From a virus (lineage: Duplodnaviria; Caudoviricetes): a stretch of 49,165 nucleotides of DNA. The stretch is taken from positions 1 to 49,165 of the IMG/VR virus record IMGVR_UViG_3300035183_000834. One strand, written 5' to 3'. Position numbers and translations under genes: made by a program. The notes beneath the pieces were generated by a model that was not told where the DNA came from, did not search any database, and was given only the letters and a program-made list of their open reading frames with translations. Below are positions 8,720-18,846 of this stretch, piece after piece (the first letter of the stretch is position 1; the number at the start of each line of letters is the position of its first letter).

Positions 8720-9210
8720 TCGAGGTTGCGTTCTACAAAGCGAGGTATGGCAACAGGTGGGACAGGATCGTGGCTGCCGGCACCGGCAGCCCTTACTCGC
8801 ACTGTGAGCTGGTATTCGACAGCCGCACCGGATTCAGCGCGAGTCCGCGCGACGGAGGCGTGCGCCGCAAGCAGATCGACTTCGAGGACGGAAAGTGGGA
8901 TCTGCTGCCGGTAATGTTGCCGGATCCGGAAACCGATTGCGAGTCCCGCATCTGGCAATGGTGCTTGTCCCAGGAAGGAAGGCAATACGACTGGCCGGGA
9001 GTGTTCGCCCTGGGTCTCGCCGGGGTGTCTGCCAGCTCCGGCGTTCCGTGTGACATTCCAGCCTGGTGGTTCTGCAGCGAGTTCTGCACTGCCGCGCTGC
9101 AACAGGGCGGGTTGTTCCCGTCCCTGCAACCGAAATTCGTCACGCCGCATGCGCTGTCATACGCGATGCTGGCATGGAACGATTGCATGAGAAGAAAGGA
9201 GAATCGATGA
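8716..9210 (+). CDS. Permuted papain-like (NlpC/P60-type) cysteine hydrolase
   Basis: YSHCELV ... YDW ... WFCSEF ... VTP, with His before Cys. Confidence 0.75.
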   Translation: MIEVAFYKARYGNRWDRIVAAGTGSPYSHCELVFDSRTGFSASPRDGGVRRKQIDFEDGKWDLLPVMLPDPETDCESRIWQWCLSQEGRQYDWPGVFALGLAGVSASSGVPCDIPAWWFCSEFCTAALQQGGLFPSLQPKFVTPHALSYAMLAWNDCMRRKENR

Positions 9211-9788
9211 TCATCAAAGGCAACCCCAACGTGAAGCCGATCCGTGAAGCATACGCTCCGCTGACCGAGCTGCAAGTGTTCGACGTCTACCAGACGCGAC
9301 AGGACTACGAAGAGGCCACGGGCAATCCGTGTCCGCCGCCGGATCCAAAGCGGCGGCGAAAGCATTGGTTCGACCCCGCCTACGCGGGAGTGCGCCAGGA
9401 GGACGATGACGGGCAACTCGTGTTTTACCAGGCCCTGGCGGTCAACCCGCGCACTCGCGCCGTGGTGCGCGACATCAACGGCAAGCCGATGCTCACGACC
9501 ATTGCTCTGAGCAAGTGGGAGGCCGGCCAGGTCAACATCCCCGAGGGCACCACCAACGAGTTCCCGCCTTCCGAGCCGATCATGATGTTCGACCAGATCC
9601 AGGCGCCGCTGCGTTCCCTGATGCCGGAGGAGGAGCTGGAGTTCTACGGCCCGATGGGCGTGGTGCGCGTCGTCAACACGGTTCTGCGCGACGCAGGCAA
9701 GGCCGGGTCCGAACAGTTCACCAATGCTGACCGGGAGACGCTTCGTCAGATCCTGCAAATCGTGCAAGAAATCGGGCGGCGAGTTTAG
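9207..9788 (+). CDS. Hypothetical protein
   Basis: AAGGAG SD, ATGA overlap. Confidence 0.75.
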   Translation: MIIKGNPNVKPIREAYAPLTELQVFDVYQTRQDYEEATGNPCPPPDPKRRRKHWFDPAYAGVRQEDDDGQLVFYQALAVNPRTRAVVRDINGKPMLTTIALSKWEAGQVNIPEGTTNEFPPSEPIMMFDQIQAPLRSLMPEEELEFYGPMGVVRVVNTVLRDAGKAGSEQFTNADRETLRQILQIVQEIGRRV

Positions 9789-10038
9789 GCGCTAAACGCA
9801 TCCTGCGGGCGCGGATCATGCCGTACAACAGTTCTCCGGGCGGTATCCCGGACGCCCGGCTGAGTTGCCGGATGGCGTCCGCGCCCGCTTCTCTTTGCCC
9901 TGTCAGGAGCTGCCAAATGTACTGTCTGCTGCACCCCATGATGCGCCCGATCCGGGCCAGGTTGATCGGCCTGCCGTACACTCTCTCCAGCGCGGATTTC
10001 TTCGCCACTACTGATAGATTATCCGGCTCTGATGCCAA
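9718..10038 (-). CDS. Cro/CI-type HTH transcriptional regulator
   Basis: LARIGRIMGCSRQYIWQLLTGQREAGADAIRQLSRASGIPPGEL; divergent from the replication operon; start uncertain. Confidence 0.7.
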   Translation of the reverse strand: MASEPDNLSVVAKKSALERVYGRPINLARIGRIMGCSRQYIWQLLTGQREAGADAIRQLSRASGIPPGELLYGMIRARRMRLAPKLAARFLARFAGSDEASPGQHW

Positions 10039-10051
10039 CGAAAACTGCCAG

Positions 10052-10080
10052 TTGACACCGGACGCACCTGGCGTTAGCGT
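10052..10080 (+). promoter_or_regulatory. Putative sigma70 promoter of the replication operon
   Basis: TTGACA-17 bp-TAGCGT upstream of the GGAGG SD of 10104. Confidence 0.5.
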
Positions 10081-10103
10081 GTGATTTCAGCCATGGAGGA
10101 ACG

Positions 10104-10406
10104 ATGCAAATTCCCATACAGGAGCTGATTCGCCAAAGAGAAACCCTGGCGGCGCAACTCAGGCAGGCCAACGCGATCCTTGCCGAGGATCTCGAGGATT
10201 ACTCATCGCTTCGGAAGCGGTGTGACGAGTCCCAGGGCAATGAACTGCTCGCCGCTCTGCTCTCGCGGCTGGAGACCGTCGTGCGCCGCCAGATCGACGC
10301 CAATAACCAGACGCTGTCGGCGGTGGAGGCGGACCTGGCGCAACTCAACCGGGCGCTGGGGCAGATGATCCTGCACGCCGCGCCGATCACCGGCAAGGGG
10401 AATTGA
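10104..10406 (+). CDS. Coiled-coil hypothetical protein
   Basis: GGAGG SD; heptad-rich. Confidence 0.7.
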   Translation: MQIPIQELIRQRETLAAQLRQANAILAEDLEDYSSLRKRCDESQGNELLAALLSRLETVVRRQIDANNQTLSAVEADLAQLNRALGQMILHAAPITGKGN

Positions 10407-10409
10407 GCC

Positions 10410-11000
10410 GTGGCCCGGAGGAAATCGACAACGACCATCGAGCCTGACATGGCCGGCCCGAAGGCTTTGGACATGCTCCATCTGGAAGAGGTGGATCTGG
10501 CCGAGGACGACTGGAACGTGCCGGCTACCGACAACCGGGGCCACAGTGCGAAACTGACCACACGCGTGCCGCCTGTGATGGCCCGCGCCGTCGAGCAGCT
10601 TGTGCAGAGCCGCGTGTACCCGTTCCTCACCACCGATGATTTCCAGAGATTCGCCATCCGGCTGGCTCTGCACGTCCTGAACCGTGCTGCGGGAGGCCAT
10701 GTGGTCACCACGCTGACAGCAGCGGAAGCCATCATCAAGATCGTACGGGACTACGAGAACCTGCAAGCCGTGCAGTCTGCGCTGGAGATGGCCCGTCAAA
10801 GCTGCGAGGCGATGATGGCCGACGGAGACGCATCCACGCTGGCGTCCCATCTCGCCTACATCGACCACACGCTCGCCAAGATGAGCGGGACAAGCGCCTG
10901 GCGGCGCAAGTTCGAGGCGGACTGGAAACGTCAGAGCCAGCGCTACCGCGACTATCTCCGCAGCGTGAACGGAGCGTCGGAGGAGCCTGATGACGAGTAG
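10410..11000 (+). CDS. Hypothetical protein, possible ribbon-helix-helix-like DNA binder
   Basis: KLTTRVPPVMARAVEQLV...TTDDFQRFAIR pattern. Confidence 0.6.
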   Translation: MARRKSTTTIEPDMAGPKALDMLHLEEVDLAEDDWNVPATDNRGHSAKLTTRVPPVMARAVEQLVQSRVYPFLTTDDFQRFAIRLALHVLNRAAGGHVVTTLTAAEAIIKIVRDYENLQAVQSALEMARQSCEAMMADGDASTLASHLAYIDHTLAKMSGTSAWRRKFEADWKRQSQRYRDYLRSVNGASEEPDDE

Positions 11001-12546
11001 CGCCGTCCGCCCCGACGACAGCATCTTCGCCGGCGTCGACCTCCACGAGCATCTCCGCCTGCCGGAACGGTTCCGTTCCATGCGCCTGCAGCAATCGGTG
11101 ATGGCGCAACGGATCCTGGACTCGGCGCTGGACTGCCGATCCAGCGTCCATGCTGCGCCCACGGGAACAGGCAAGACGCTCGCCTATGTAGGCGCTGCTG
11201 TGGCAGGCAATCTCCGCTGCTGCGTGCTGACTGCCACCAAGGCGTTGCAGGACCAGATCGTCGGCGATTTCGGACAGTTTTGCCTGGATGTGCGCGGAGC
11301 GGGGAATTTCCGCTGCGCCAAGCTCAATGCGAGCTGCGCCGTGGGCAGGAGAATGAAATGCGCCGACAGCTACTGCGCCTACCGGGCGCAACTGTCGCGC
11401 ATCCCGCAGCACTCCGGAGTGGTCGTAACCAACTACGCGTGGTGGATCAATGCGAGGAAAGCGGGCATCAACACGGGCCATTTCCATCTGCTCGTTCTGG
11501 ACGAGGCTCATCAAGCGGTCGACATTGTCACGGCATTCTCGAGCGCACGCATCGATGAGGACACCGCCATGCTGCTGTCCGGCGCAGCGAACTGTCCGCA
11601 TCCCGAACCGGACGCCTCGTCCTTGCTGAAATGGACGGAATCAGTGACTCCGCACGCCCGCCGCTTTCTGGAGACCGCTGTGAGGAACCACGACCTGCGG
11701 CGCATGGACAAGTTTTGCGAAGTGGTCGATGCGCTCGAGGCGGCGCCCACGCTGCTCGGACGCCCTGGCACGCTGGTCAACACGGATAACGGGCGGATTC
11801 TCATCGCCCCGATCTGGCCCGCGTCCAATGCGCAGGCGCTCCTGTTCGCCGGCATACCGTCCGTCGCCGTAGTCAGTGCGACGATCAACCGGGAGATTTG
11901 CCACCTGCTGGGCATGGAACTGGGAGCCTACTCGTTTTACGAGTACGACAGCGAGTTCCCTCCGGAGAACGGGCCGGTGTATCTGCTCGATGTGGCAAGG
12001 CTGAGCTACCGCACGGAGCGTTCGGAGATCGGAAAGGTTTATGAGGCTGCGCTGGATCTGTGCAAACGCCATGGCCGGCAGAAGGGCATAGTCCACTGCG
12101 GCAGCTATGCGAGAGCGTCCGAGTTCTGCGAACTCGCGCGCAGGGAGCTGCCCCATGCCGTTTTCTCGCACACTCGCGCCGAGGGCAGCAGCAAGGCGGT
12201 TGCTGCGCACAAGGAGCACAGCGGGCCTGCACTGCTCGTCAGCCCCAGCGTGGGCACTGGCGTGGATTTTCCTGACGAGCAGGCCGAGTTCCAGATTTTG
12301 CTCAAGACGCCGTACCCGGACATGAAAGACCCGATAGTGGCCGCCCGCTGCCGAAAAATGAGCCACTATCCGTCCATCATCGCTGCGCAGGCGCTCGTGC
12401 AGATCAGCGGGCGCGGTCTGAGGCATCGCGAGGATCGATGCGTGACGTACGTCCTGGACGGCAACGCAAGGGTTTTGTTCGAGCAACGGCCCGGGCTGTT
12501 CCCGTTGTGGTTCCGGCGCCGTGTGCACTGCCAGGAGGACTGGTAG
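10990..12546 (+). CDS. DinG/Rad3-like SF2 helicase
   Basis: APTGTGKT, Cys cluster, VVTNY, LDEAH, GVDFP, QISGRGLRHREDRC. Confidence 0.9.
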   Translation: MTSSAVRPDDSIFAGVDLHEHLRLPERFRSMRLQQSVMAQRILDSALDCRSSVHAAPTGTGKTLAYVGAAVAGNLRCCVLTATKALQDQIVGDFGQFCLDVRGAGNFRCAKLNASCAVGRRMKCADSYCAYRAQLSRIPQHSGVVVTNYAWWINARKAGINTGHFHLLVLDEAHQAVDIVTAFSSARIDEDTAMLLSGAANCPHPEPDASSLLKWTESVTPHARRFLETAVRNHDLRRMDKFCEVVDALEAAPTLLGRPGTLVNTDNGRILIAPIWPASNAQALLFAGIPSVAVVSATINREICHLLGMELGAYSFYEYDSEFPPENGPVYLLDVARLSYRTERSEIGKVYEAALDLCKRHGRQKGIVHCGSYARASEFCELARRELPHAVFSHTRAEGSSKAVAAHKEHSGPALLVSPSVGTGVDFPDEQAEFQILLKTPYPDMKDPIVAARCRKMSHYPSIIAAQALVQISGRGLRHREDRCVTYVLDGNARVLFEQRPGLFPLWFRRRVHCQEDW

Positions 12547-12632
12547 GGTCTGACACATTTTCCGTTCGATGTCGCGCCGTGTGATCCCGCACGGTGCAGT
12601 GCCAACAATCTGTCTCTGTTCAGGAGGTTGTA

Positions 12633-13415
12633 ATGCCACTCAGCTTGAATCCCGCCACTTTCGTCAAAGGCGGTCTCATCAACGATGTCGATGTGCGGAT
12701 CCTCTCCGCACGTTTCACGAGCTACGACTACCAGGGGAGGCTGACCGGAGCCGACCAGCTTGTCTGCGCCCTGAAGCTGGACTATGCGCCGCTGGACAAT
12801 CTTGAGGATGTCCACACGGACTACCTGAGCTTCGGCAAGATCGCCGATTTCCAGCCTACCGAGGACGGCAAGGGCGTCGAGAGCGTCAGCGGCAAGATGC
12901 CCAACCAGGACACGGTGTTCCACCTGTTCATGCAGTCGATGCAGGAAGCCGGATTTCCGATGGCCGAGCTGGACAAGGGGGACATCAGCGTCCTGGACGG
13001 GCTGGAAGTCCACATCGTGCGCCGCCCTGCGCCGGAGCGGTGGAAGGCGCTGGCATCCGGGCGCCGCAGCGAGGGCGAGCCGGTCCGCGAGAAGACGTAC
13101 CTCGCCGTCAGCAAGGTGCTGGGCCGGGCCAAGCCGCAGGCGAAGCCGGGCGCCAAACCCGCTGCGAAGAACGCTCCTCCGGCGGCGGACATCGAGTCCA
13201 AAGCCGCCGACGCCGTGCTCGCAGTGATGTCGGAAATCGGCGGCGGCATCAAAATCAAGGCGTTGCAGATGAAGTTGCTGAAGACATTCACCGCAGAAGA
13301 TCCGGCTGTCCGCAAGGCGATTCTGGAGAAGGTTGCCAACACGGAATTCCTGACCGGCATCGGACTGTCCGTCAACGGGGACACTGTCAGCGTGGGGGAA
13401 GACGTTCCGTTCTGA
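12633..13415 (+). CDS. Hypothetical replication protein, possible ssDNA-binding protein
   Basis: AGGAGG SD; beta-rich N-domain, K/P/A linker, ends EDVPF like SSB tails. Confidence 0.55.
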   Translation: MPLSLNPATFVKGGLINDVDVRILSARFTSYDYQGRLTGADQLVCALKLDYAPLDNLEDVHTDYLSFGKIADFQPTEDGKGVESVSGKMPNQDTVFHLFMQSMQEAGFPMAELDKGDISVLDGLEVHIVRRPAPERWKALASGRRSEGEPVREKTYLAVSKVLGRAKPQAKPGAKPAAKNAPPAADIESKAADAVLAVMSEIGGGIKIKALQMKLLKTFTAEDPAVRKAILEKVANTEFLTGIGLSVNGDTVSVGEDVPF

Positions 13416-13421
13416 CGAGCC

Positions 13422-13970
13422 ATGCGACTCTCGCGCATCAGCAGCCGGTTCTGCCTGCCGCCGTCGCAAGGGCGTCCTCCAGGAGTGCACATGAGCGGCG
13501 TCATCCGCGCTGCGCTCATGGCGGCCAGGGCGTGGCCCTACGAGCGGGACGGTGCGGAGCGCAGCGAATCGTCGCAGCTCTCCATGGCGGTCGGCCTTGC
13601 GTGGGAGGACTGGTACGGGCCGCGGATCCCCGGAGCGGTCTACCACCCCGGCGCGCTCTTTTTCGAGGGTGTCTGGTTCAGTCCGGACGCCCTCGATCTG
13701 GACAATCTCGTCCTGCACGAGATCAAGACGACCACCAAACACGAAGCGACGCCGCGGAGCGTGCTTCACTGGGATCTGCAACTCCGCGGCTACTTGTGGG
13801 CGCTGGGAGAAGGCGAGTGGCGGCGAGCCGTGCTGCATGTCTTGCACGTCGGGCAGCCGCCACTTCCCGAGCTGAGGATCTGGGAGATCGAGTACGACTA
13901 CGAGGAGTTGAGAGACACATGGAAAACCGTGCTGAGTCCGTTTATCGCCAGAGCGATTCCGGAGACGTAG
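13422..13970 (+). CDS. PD-(D/E)xK nuclease (Cas4/exonuclease-like)
   Basis: SPDAL...HEIKTT...QLRGY motifs. Confidence 0.75.
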   Translation: MRLSRISSRFCLPPSQGRPPGVHMSGVIRAALMAARAWPYERDGAERSESSQLSMAVGLAWEDWYGPRIPGAVYHPGALFFEGVWFSPDALDLDNLVLHEIKTTTKHEATPRSVLHWDLQLRGYLWALGEGEWRRAVLHVLHVGQPPLPELRIWEIEYDYEELRDTWKTVLSPFIARAIPET

Positions 13971-14785
13971 AGCTGCAGGAGTTTCGCGCACTCGCATCCC
14001 GGTGCAAATGGGACATCCGTGTCATCCTGCGCAGGCTGGGACTGGCGAGGTTCTACTCCGCCAGCACCCTGGTTTACGCGAAGAGGAAGACAGAGCTGAT
14101 CAGATTGATGAAGAAGTGGATCGCCGCCATGGGTCCGTTTTCGGTGACGCGGCGCGCATCGTTCGCTTATATCGACCCATATCTTGGCGAGGAGATCATT
14201 GCGCTGCCTGTCGATTCCGCTGCGCATGACTTCGCCTCATGGAACAAACGGAAGCTGGCCGCAGCGATCCTGGCGATGCAGGATCTGCTGCTGAGGATGC
14301 TGTACGACTGCGGCATGCCAGGATTGGCGCCGCAAGAGCACTCGCCGTCATCCCCGCTGGTGTTGTCAGGCGGGAGCGGCACTGCCACCGCCACCGACAC
14401 CGCCACTGCCACCGACACCGCCACTGCCACCGACACCGACACCGCCACTGCCACCGACACCGCCACCGACACCGCCACCGACACCGCCACTGCCAATTCC
14501 CAATCGCAACTGAAGCATTCGGACAAGTACATGGCGCAGTATGTGGCGCAACTGGAGCTGCAGCTGAAGGCTGCGGCGAATGCGGCGGGTGCGCTCAGCA
14601 AGGCGGCGGACGAAGTGCATGAGATAGGGCTTTATCTCCGCAACGCCTACGCTAGCGAGATCGCACGGGGGGAGCACGCCAACCAGACGCTGTGCCAGGT
14701 GCTGCGGCGCTACCTGGAGAAGGAGCGCATGATGGCCAAGGCGGCGCCGTTGCGGAGAATGTGGCTCGCGCTGAAGTTGTGGTGA
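13919..14785 (+). CDS. Hypothetical protein with internal (TA/TD)n tract
   Basis: GAGGAG SD before ATG 13919; 3' portion of ORF 13040..14785. Confidence 0.6.
   Translation: MENRAESVYRQSDSGDVELQEFRALASRCKWDIRVILRRLGLARFYSASTLVYAKRKTELIRLMKKWIAAMGPFSVTRRASFAYIDPYLGEEIIALPVDSAAHDFASWNKRKLAAAILAMQDLLLRMLYDCGMPGLAPQEHSPSSPLVLSGGSGTATATDTATATDTATATDTDTATATDTATDTATDTATANSQSQLKHSDKYMAQYVAQLELQLKAAANAAGALSKAADEVHEIGLYLRNAYASEIARGEHANQTLCQVLRRYLEKERMMAKAAPLRRMWLALKLW
14381..14494 (+). repeat. In-frame hexamer tandem repeat (ACYGCC/ACCGAC)n
   Basis: ~19 units encoding TATATDTATATD... Confidence 0.9.
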
Positions 14786-14798
14786 AGGAGAATCCGAA

Positions 14799-15581
14799 AT
14801 GAAGAACGCAGTGAAGCCGGTTGCAGGCAAGCAGAGCCTGTTCCAGAAAGTGACCGTGGCCGAAAAGCGCTCGCTCAGCGTGTGCAGCTACGGCCACGAG
14901 AAGAGGGGCAAGACATGGTTCGCCCTGTCCGCTCCCGGACCCGTCGCCGTCATCAGCAGCGACAGCGGCACGGAGAACGCCGTGCGCGAATGGCAGCGGC
15001 AGGGCAAGGAGATCTACCTGTTCCAGCACACGCTGCCGCCGCTGGGCCAGAAAATCGACGTCTACGAGAGTGCGTGGGACCGGCTTGCAGAAGCGATCTA
15101 CGAGGCGATCACCAGCGCCCAGTTCCGCAGCGTGGTCGTGGACACTGCAACAGAGGTGTGGGAGCTGTTGCGCCTGGCGAGGTTCGGCCGGCTGACGCAG
15201 GTCATGCCGCACCACTACGGGCCGGTCAACAACGAGTTCCGCAGCCTGCTGAACAAGGCTGTGGCGAGCGACAAGAACACGGTTTGGATCCACAAAGTGA
15301 AGAAGGTCTACAAGACGAACAAGGAGGGCAAGGACTCCTGGACTGGCGAGTGGGAGCGCAGCGGATTCGCCGATTTCGGGTACATCATCGATGTGGTGAT
15401 CGAGCACCGCATCGTGGAAGACGAAGACTCCGGGAAGCTCGACTTCGGCGTGAAGGTGATCGACAGCCGCTTTCGCCCGACGCAAGTGTGCGGGCGCATC
15501 TTCACCGGATTCGAGGCGACGTTCCCAGCGCTTGCGATGACGCTGCTTCCTGACACTGGCATCGACGCCTGGGAGGACTGA
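14799..15581 (+). CDS. P-loop ATPase, AAA_24/Sak4-like recombination protein
   Basis: YGHEKRGKT Walker A, VVVDT Walker B; near nuclease and putative SSB genes. Confidence 0.75.
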   Translation: MKNAVKPVAGKQSLFQKVTVAEKRSLSVCSYGHEKRGKTWFALSAPGPVAVISSDSGTENAVREWQRQGKEIYLFQHTLPPLGQKIDVYESAWDRLAEAIYEAITSAQFRSVVVDTATEVWELLRLARFGRLTQVMPHHYGPVNNEFRSLLNKAVASDKNTVWIHKVKKVYKTNKEGKDSWTGEWERSGFADFGYIIDVVIEHRIVEDEDSGKLDFGVKVIDSRFRPTQVCGRIFTGFEATFPALAMTLLPDTGIDAWED

Positions 15582-15584
15582 AAG

Positions 15585-16034
15585 ATGATATTGGTTCCTG
15601 TAGGGGATCGTTACGAACTCGCGGACAATGGTTGCATTGTGCTGTCGCTGCCGGCGTCGCTGTTCGCCGGGCGCGAGGCGGCAGAGCAGGTTTACGCCGC
15701 CTTTGAAGCAGCGCTGGATCAGCGGGAGCAGGGCTACGAGGAACTGCTCGCGGCTGTTGAGGAGGACGCCGGCTCCCGCATCGATCCGTCGGATCTGCCC
15801 GACAGAGTGGACATCCGGGTGCAGGCCCGGCTGAGTCTTGATTCCCCCGGCGTGCTTGTGGTTTGCGATCCGGTCACGCAGGCTCTGATTGCGGAAATCC
15901 GTCCGGGATGCAGTTCCCGGAAAATGCTGGAGTGCATGAAGAAGATCGTGGAGTGGGCGTTGGAGCGGGCTTTCCGCGAGTACTGCAATGTCCTGCTCGA
16001 CGCTCCGGATACGAGTTTCGGTTACGAGGAATGA
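15585..16034 (+). CDS. Hypothetical protein
   Basis: GGAGG SD, tight packing. Confidence 0.65.
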   Translation: MILVPVGDRYELADNGCIVLSLPASLFAGREAAEQVYAAFEAALDQREQGYEELLAAVEEDAGSRIDPSDLPDRVDIRVQARLSLDSPGVLVVCDPVTQALIAEIRPGCSSRKMLECMKKIVEWALERAFREYCNVLLDAPDTSFGYEE

Positions 16035-16766
16035 ATGCTGTGGGTCGACGAACGGGAAGGCAGCAGGGAACTAGCGGAGCCGCTGCGAGCGCTCGGACTC
16101 GACGTCGAGTTGCAGCGGCTCGACTACGGAGACGTCTGCTGGATGGGGGACGGGCCGGATGGGCCGTGCCTGGTGGGCGTGGAGCGCAAAACCGTGACCG
16201 ATCTGCTCGGCTCGATGCGCACAGGACGGCTGTGCGGACACCAGCTGCCGGGCATGAGCACGCAGTACCAGACGCTGTACCTGGTCGTGGAGGGCGTGGT
16301 GCGCGAGTGCCCGGAGCACGGACTGTTGCAGCAGCTGTGGCGCGGGCGCTGGAGCGACGTTCGCGTGGGCCAGCAGCGGTTCATGTGGACCGATTACGAG
16401 CACTATCTGACTACGCTGGACACGCTGGCCGGGGTGCGAGTCAGGCGCACCGGGAGCCTGCGGGAGTCGGCTTCCGTCATCAAGGCGCTGTACTCCTGGT
16501 GGCAGAAGCCGTGGAGCCGGCACGGCAGCCACAAGGTGATCTACACGCCGGATCCGCGCACCGTGTTCCTGGTTGCGCCGACCACGCTGCGCCGCGTGGC
16601 GGTGCAGCTGCCCGGCGTGGGCTGGGAGCGCAGCCGCGAGGTGGAGCGATACTTCCGCACGGTGCGCCGCATGGCGGACGCGGAGATTGCGGACTGGCGG
16701 AACATCTCCGGCATTGGCAAAACCATTGCCGCCCGCGTGCATCGCATCATCAACGAGGGCGACTGA
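16035..16766 (+). CDS. ERCC4/XPF-family structure-specific nuclease with HhH
   Basis: VDERE, LDYGD, VERKTVTDL, GRL..Q; C-terminal ISGIGKTIA. Confidence 0.88.
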   Translation: MLWVDEREGSRELAEPLRALGLDVELQRLDYGDVCWMGDGPDGPCLVGVERKTVTDLLGSMRTGRLCGHQLPGMSTQYQTLYLVVEGVVRECPEHGLLQQLWRGRWSDVRVGQQRFMWTDYEHYLTTLDTLAGVRVRRTGSLRESASVIKALYSWWQKPWSRHGSHKVIYTPDPRTVFLVAPTTLRRVAVQLPGVGWERSREVERYFRTVRRMADAEIADWRNISGIGKTIAARVHRIINEGD

Positions 16767-16767
16767 G

Positions 16768-18276
16768 ATGAGATCGGAGCAGTGCCCGTACTACCGCAAA
16801 GGGCTGTGCCCGTCCGGGCGCACCGTGGTGGAGCCGGTGATCGTTCCGGGCAGCCGGTTGATGATCATCGGGGAAGCGCCCGGGCCGACAGAGGACAGCG
16901 AGGGCGTTCCGTTCTGCGGCTCGAGCGGCGAGGAGCTGAACCGGATCTACCTGCGCCAGGCGGGGCTGCACCGCGACCAGGTGTCGGTCACCAACACGGT
17001 TCTGTGCCTGCCGCCATTGAGTTCCCGCGGGGATTACACCCCGTCGCAGGAACTGGTGGAACACTGCAGCGGCCGGTATCTGGAAGGCGCTCTGGCCGCT
17101 GCTGCGCCGGATGTGGTTATCGCCGTGGGCGCCGTCGCGGCGAGGCGCATGGGACTGTCCCGGCCTTTGGAAGAGATCGCATCGCTGCCGCACTGGATCC
17201 GGCTGGACGGACGCAAGGTTCTGCTTCTGCCCAGCTACCATCCAGCCGCAGTGATGCGATCCGAGACGCGCCCGGCTGTGATCATGACCTCCATCCTGCG
17301 CGCGTTCGAGCAGGCGGGGCAGGCGCTGCGCGGGAAGTTGCCTCCGGAGGATGCTTTCCCGGAACCGGATTACTGCGAGGTGCCGGATCCGGCGGGGCTG
17401 TCGTTGTCCGGCGGCGATGTTTCGTTGGACACAGAAACCGTGCATGGCGAGTGGTACATGACGAGCTGGTGCGAAGCGCCGGGAGTCGCCAGGTGTACTC
17501 GCAGCCGCGACGTGGTGTCGGCGCTGCTGGACGGGATCAGAGGCTCCGGCATCCGCCTGGTGATGCACAATGCGCCGTACGACATGGACGTGCTGCGCCG
17601 CGCAGGGTTCCGGCTGGACGGCATTGAGATCCACGACACGATGCTCGCCGCCTACGAGTTTCGCACCGTGCCGCAGGGCCTGAAAATGCTCGCGCGGCTC
17701 CTGGCCGGGATGGAGATGCACAGCTATGAGAGCACTGTGCTGCCGCACACGTTGGCCGCTCTCGCACAGTGGGTCGAGGATGCGGAGGAGACGCTGCGGA
17801 ACCGCGTGCTCGCACTCACGCCCGTGCGCGGCGAGCCGCTGCCTCTCATCCAGAACCCGATTCCGGCCCGCTGGCTGAAGCGCAAGGGCGAGACAGTCCG
17901 GGAGCACCGTGAGCGCCTCATGGGCCTTCGCAGCGAGATCGTCGAACTGGCGCGGACGGCGCCGGCGGTGCCCGTGCTCGACAACGCCGGAATGAAGATG
18001 GTTGCCTTGCTCAACGAGGTTCTTGCAGCGGGGCAGCGTGCATCGCACGAGGCGCTGGCGCTGCTGGACAAGGTCAGGGATCGCATCATCGCAGAGGATC
18101 CGGCAGCGTTCGAACTCGCAGTGCAGGCGGCTGAACTGGAGCGCCTGCCGCCGCCGCCGCAGAACACGCTGGCGCATTGCCCGGACGATGTGAGAACCCG
18201 CTACTCGTGCCGCGACGCGGACGCGACTCTGCGGATTTGGATGATTCTGAAACGGGAGCTTGGAGTGGAGGACTGA
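16768..18276 (+). CDS. Family-4 uracil-DNA-glycosylase domain fused to a PolA-type 3'-5' exonuclease
   Basis: IIGEAPG..E..G.PF.G, YHPAA; ExoI LDTET, ExoII HNAPYD, DTML, ExoIII YSCRD. Confidence 0.85.
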   Translation: MRSEQCPYYRKGLCPSGRTVVEPVIVPGSRLMIIGEAPGPTEDSEGVPFCGSSGEELNRIYLRQAGLHRDQVSVTNTVLCLPPLSSRGDYTPSQELVEHCSGRYLEGALAAAAPDVVIAVGAVAARRMGLSRPLEEIASLPHWIRLDGRKVLLLPSYHPAAVMRSETRPAVIMTSILRAFEQAGQALRGKLPPEDAFPEPDYCEVPDPAGLSLSGGDVSLDTETVHGEWYMTSWCEAPGVARCTRSRDVVSALLDGIRGSGIRLVMHNAPYDMDVLRRAGFRLDGIEIHDTMLAAYEFRTVPQGLKMLARLLAGMEMHSYESTVLPHTLAALAQWVEDAEETLRNRVLALTPVRGEPLPLIQNPIPARWLKRKGETVREHRERLMGLRSEIVELARTAPAVPVLDNAGMKMVALLNEVLAAGQRASHEALALLDKVRDRIIAEDPAAFELAVQAAELERLPPPPQNTLAHCPDDVRTRYSCRDADATLRIWMILKRELGVED

Positions 18277-18282
18277 CGAACG

Positions 18283-18846
18283 ATGGAACGCGACTTCAAC
18301 TTTTCCTGCGGCGCATTTTCGGCCCGCGCCCGCATCCGCGTATCGGACGGGGTGCTGACGCTGACCGTGCAGTCTGTGCAGCCGGACGGCAACCGGGAGC
18401 AGCTCGCGGATCTCCTGCTCGGCGCGATGATGCGCACTGTGAGGCTCCGGGGAGCAGTGGCGTCGGCAGTTGACGGGGACGCGGTCCGGTTGTCGGCCAG
18501 GGTCTCCGGCAACGCCGACCTGGACGCAGCGCTGAAATCCATCGACGCACGGTGGAACGCAGCGAGGCCGGCGATACGATCCATGGCGCAGCTGCTGACG
18601 GAGCTGGAGCGCCGGGGCTGGAGCAAACGGGATCTGAGCGCCGCCACGGGGCTGAGCTACCCGCGTCTGTGGGCGCTGATGCAGGACAACGGCGGCTGGC
18701 CGAGAGCGGCGGTATTCCTCAGGCTGAACGAGTGGCTGGACAAGCAGGCGCCGGATCTGGCGCCAACTCTGTCGGTGCTGGAGATGGAGGCGAAGAAAGT
18801 GCTGGGAGGGAACTTCTACAGATCTTCGAACAGGAGCGGGAAATGA
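18283..18846 (+). CDS. Hypothetical protein with C-terminal HTH-like segment
   Basis: GWSKRDLSAATGLSYPRLWALM. Confidence 0.6.
   Translation: MERDFNFSCGAFSARARIRVSDGVLTLTVQSVQPDGNREQLADLLLGAMMRTVRLRGAVASAVDGDAVRLSARVSGNADLDAALKSIDARWNAARPAIRSMAQLLTELERRGWSKRDLSAATGLSYPRLWALMQDNGGWPRAAVFLRLNEWLDKQAPDLAPTLSVLEMEAKKVLGGNFYRSSNRSGK

Noticed and set aside
13040-13918. N-terminal extension of the 581-aa ORF
   Set aside because: Overlaps two better-supported genes; ATG 13919 has its own SD
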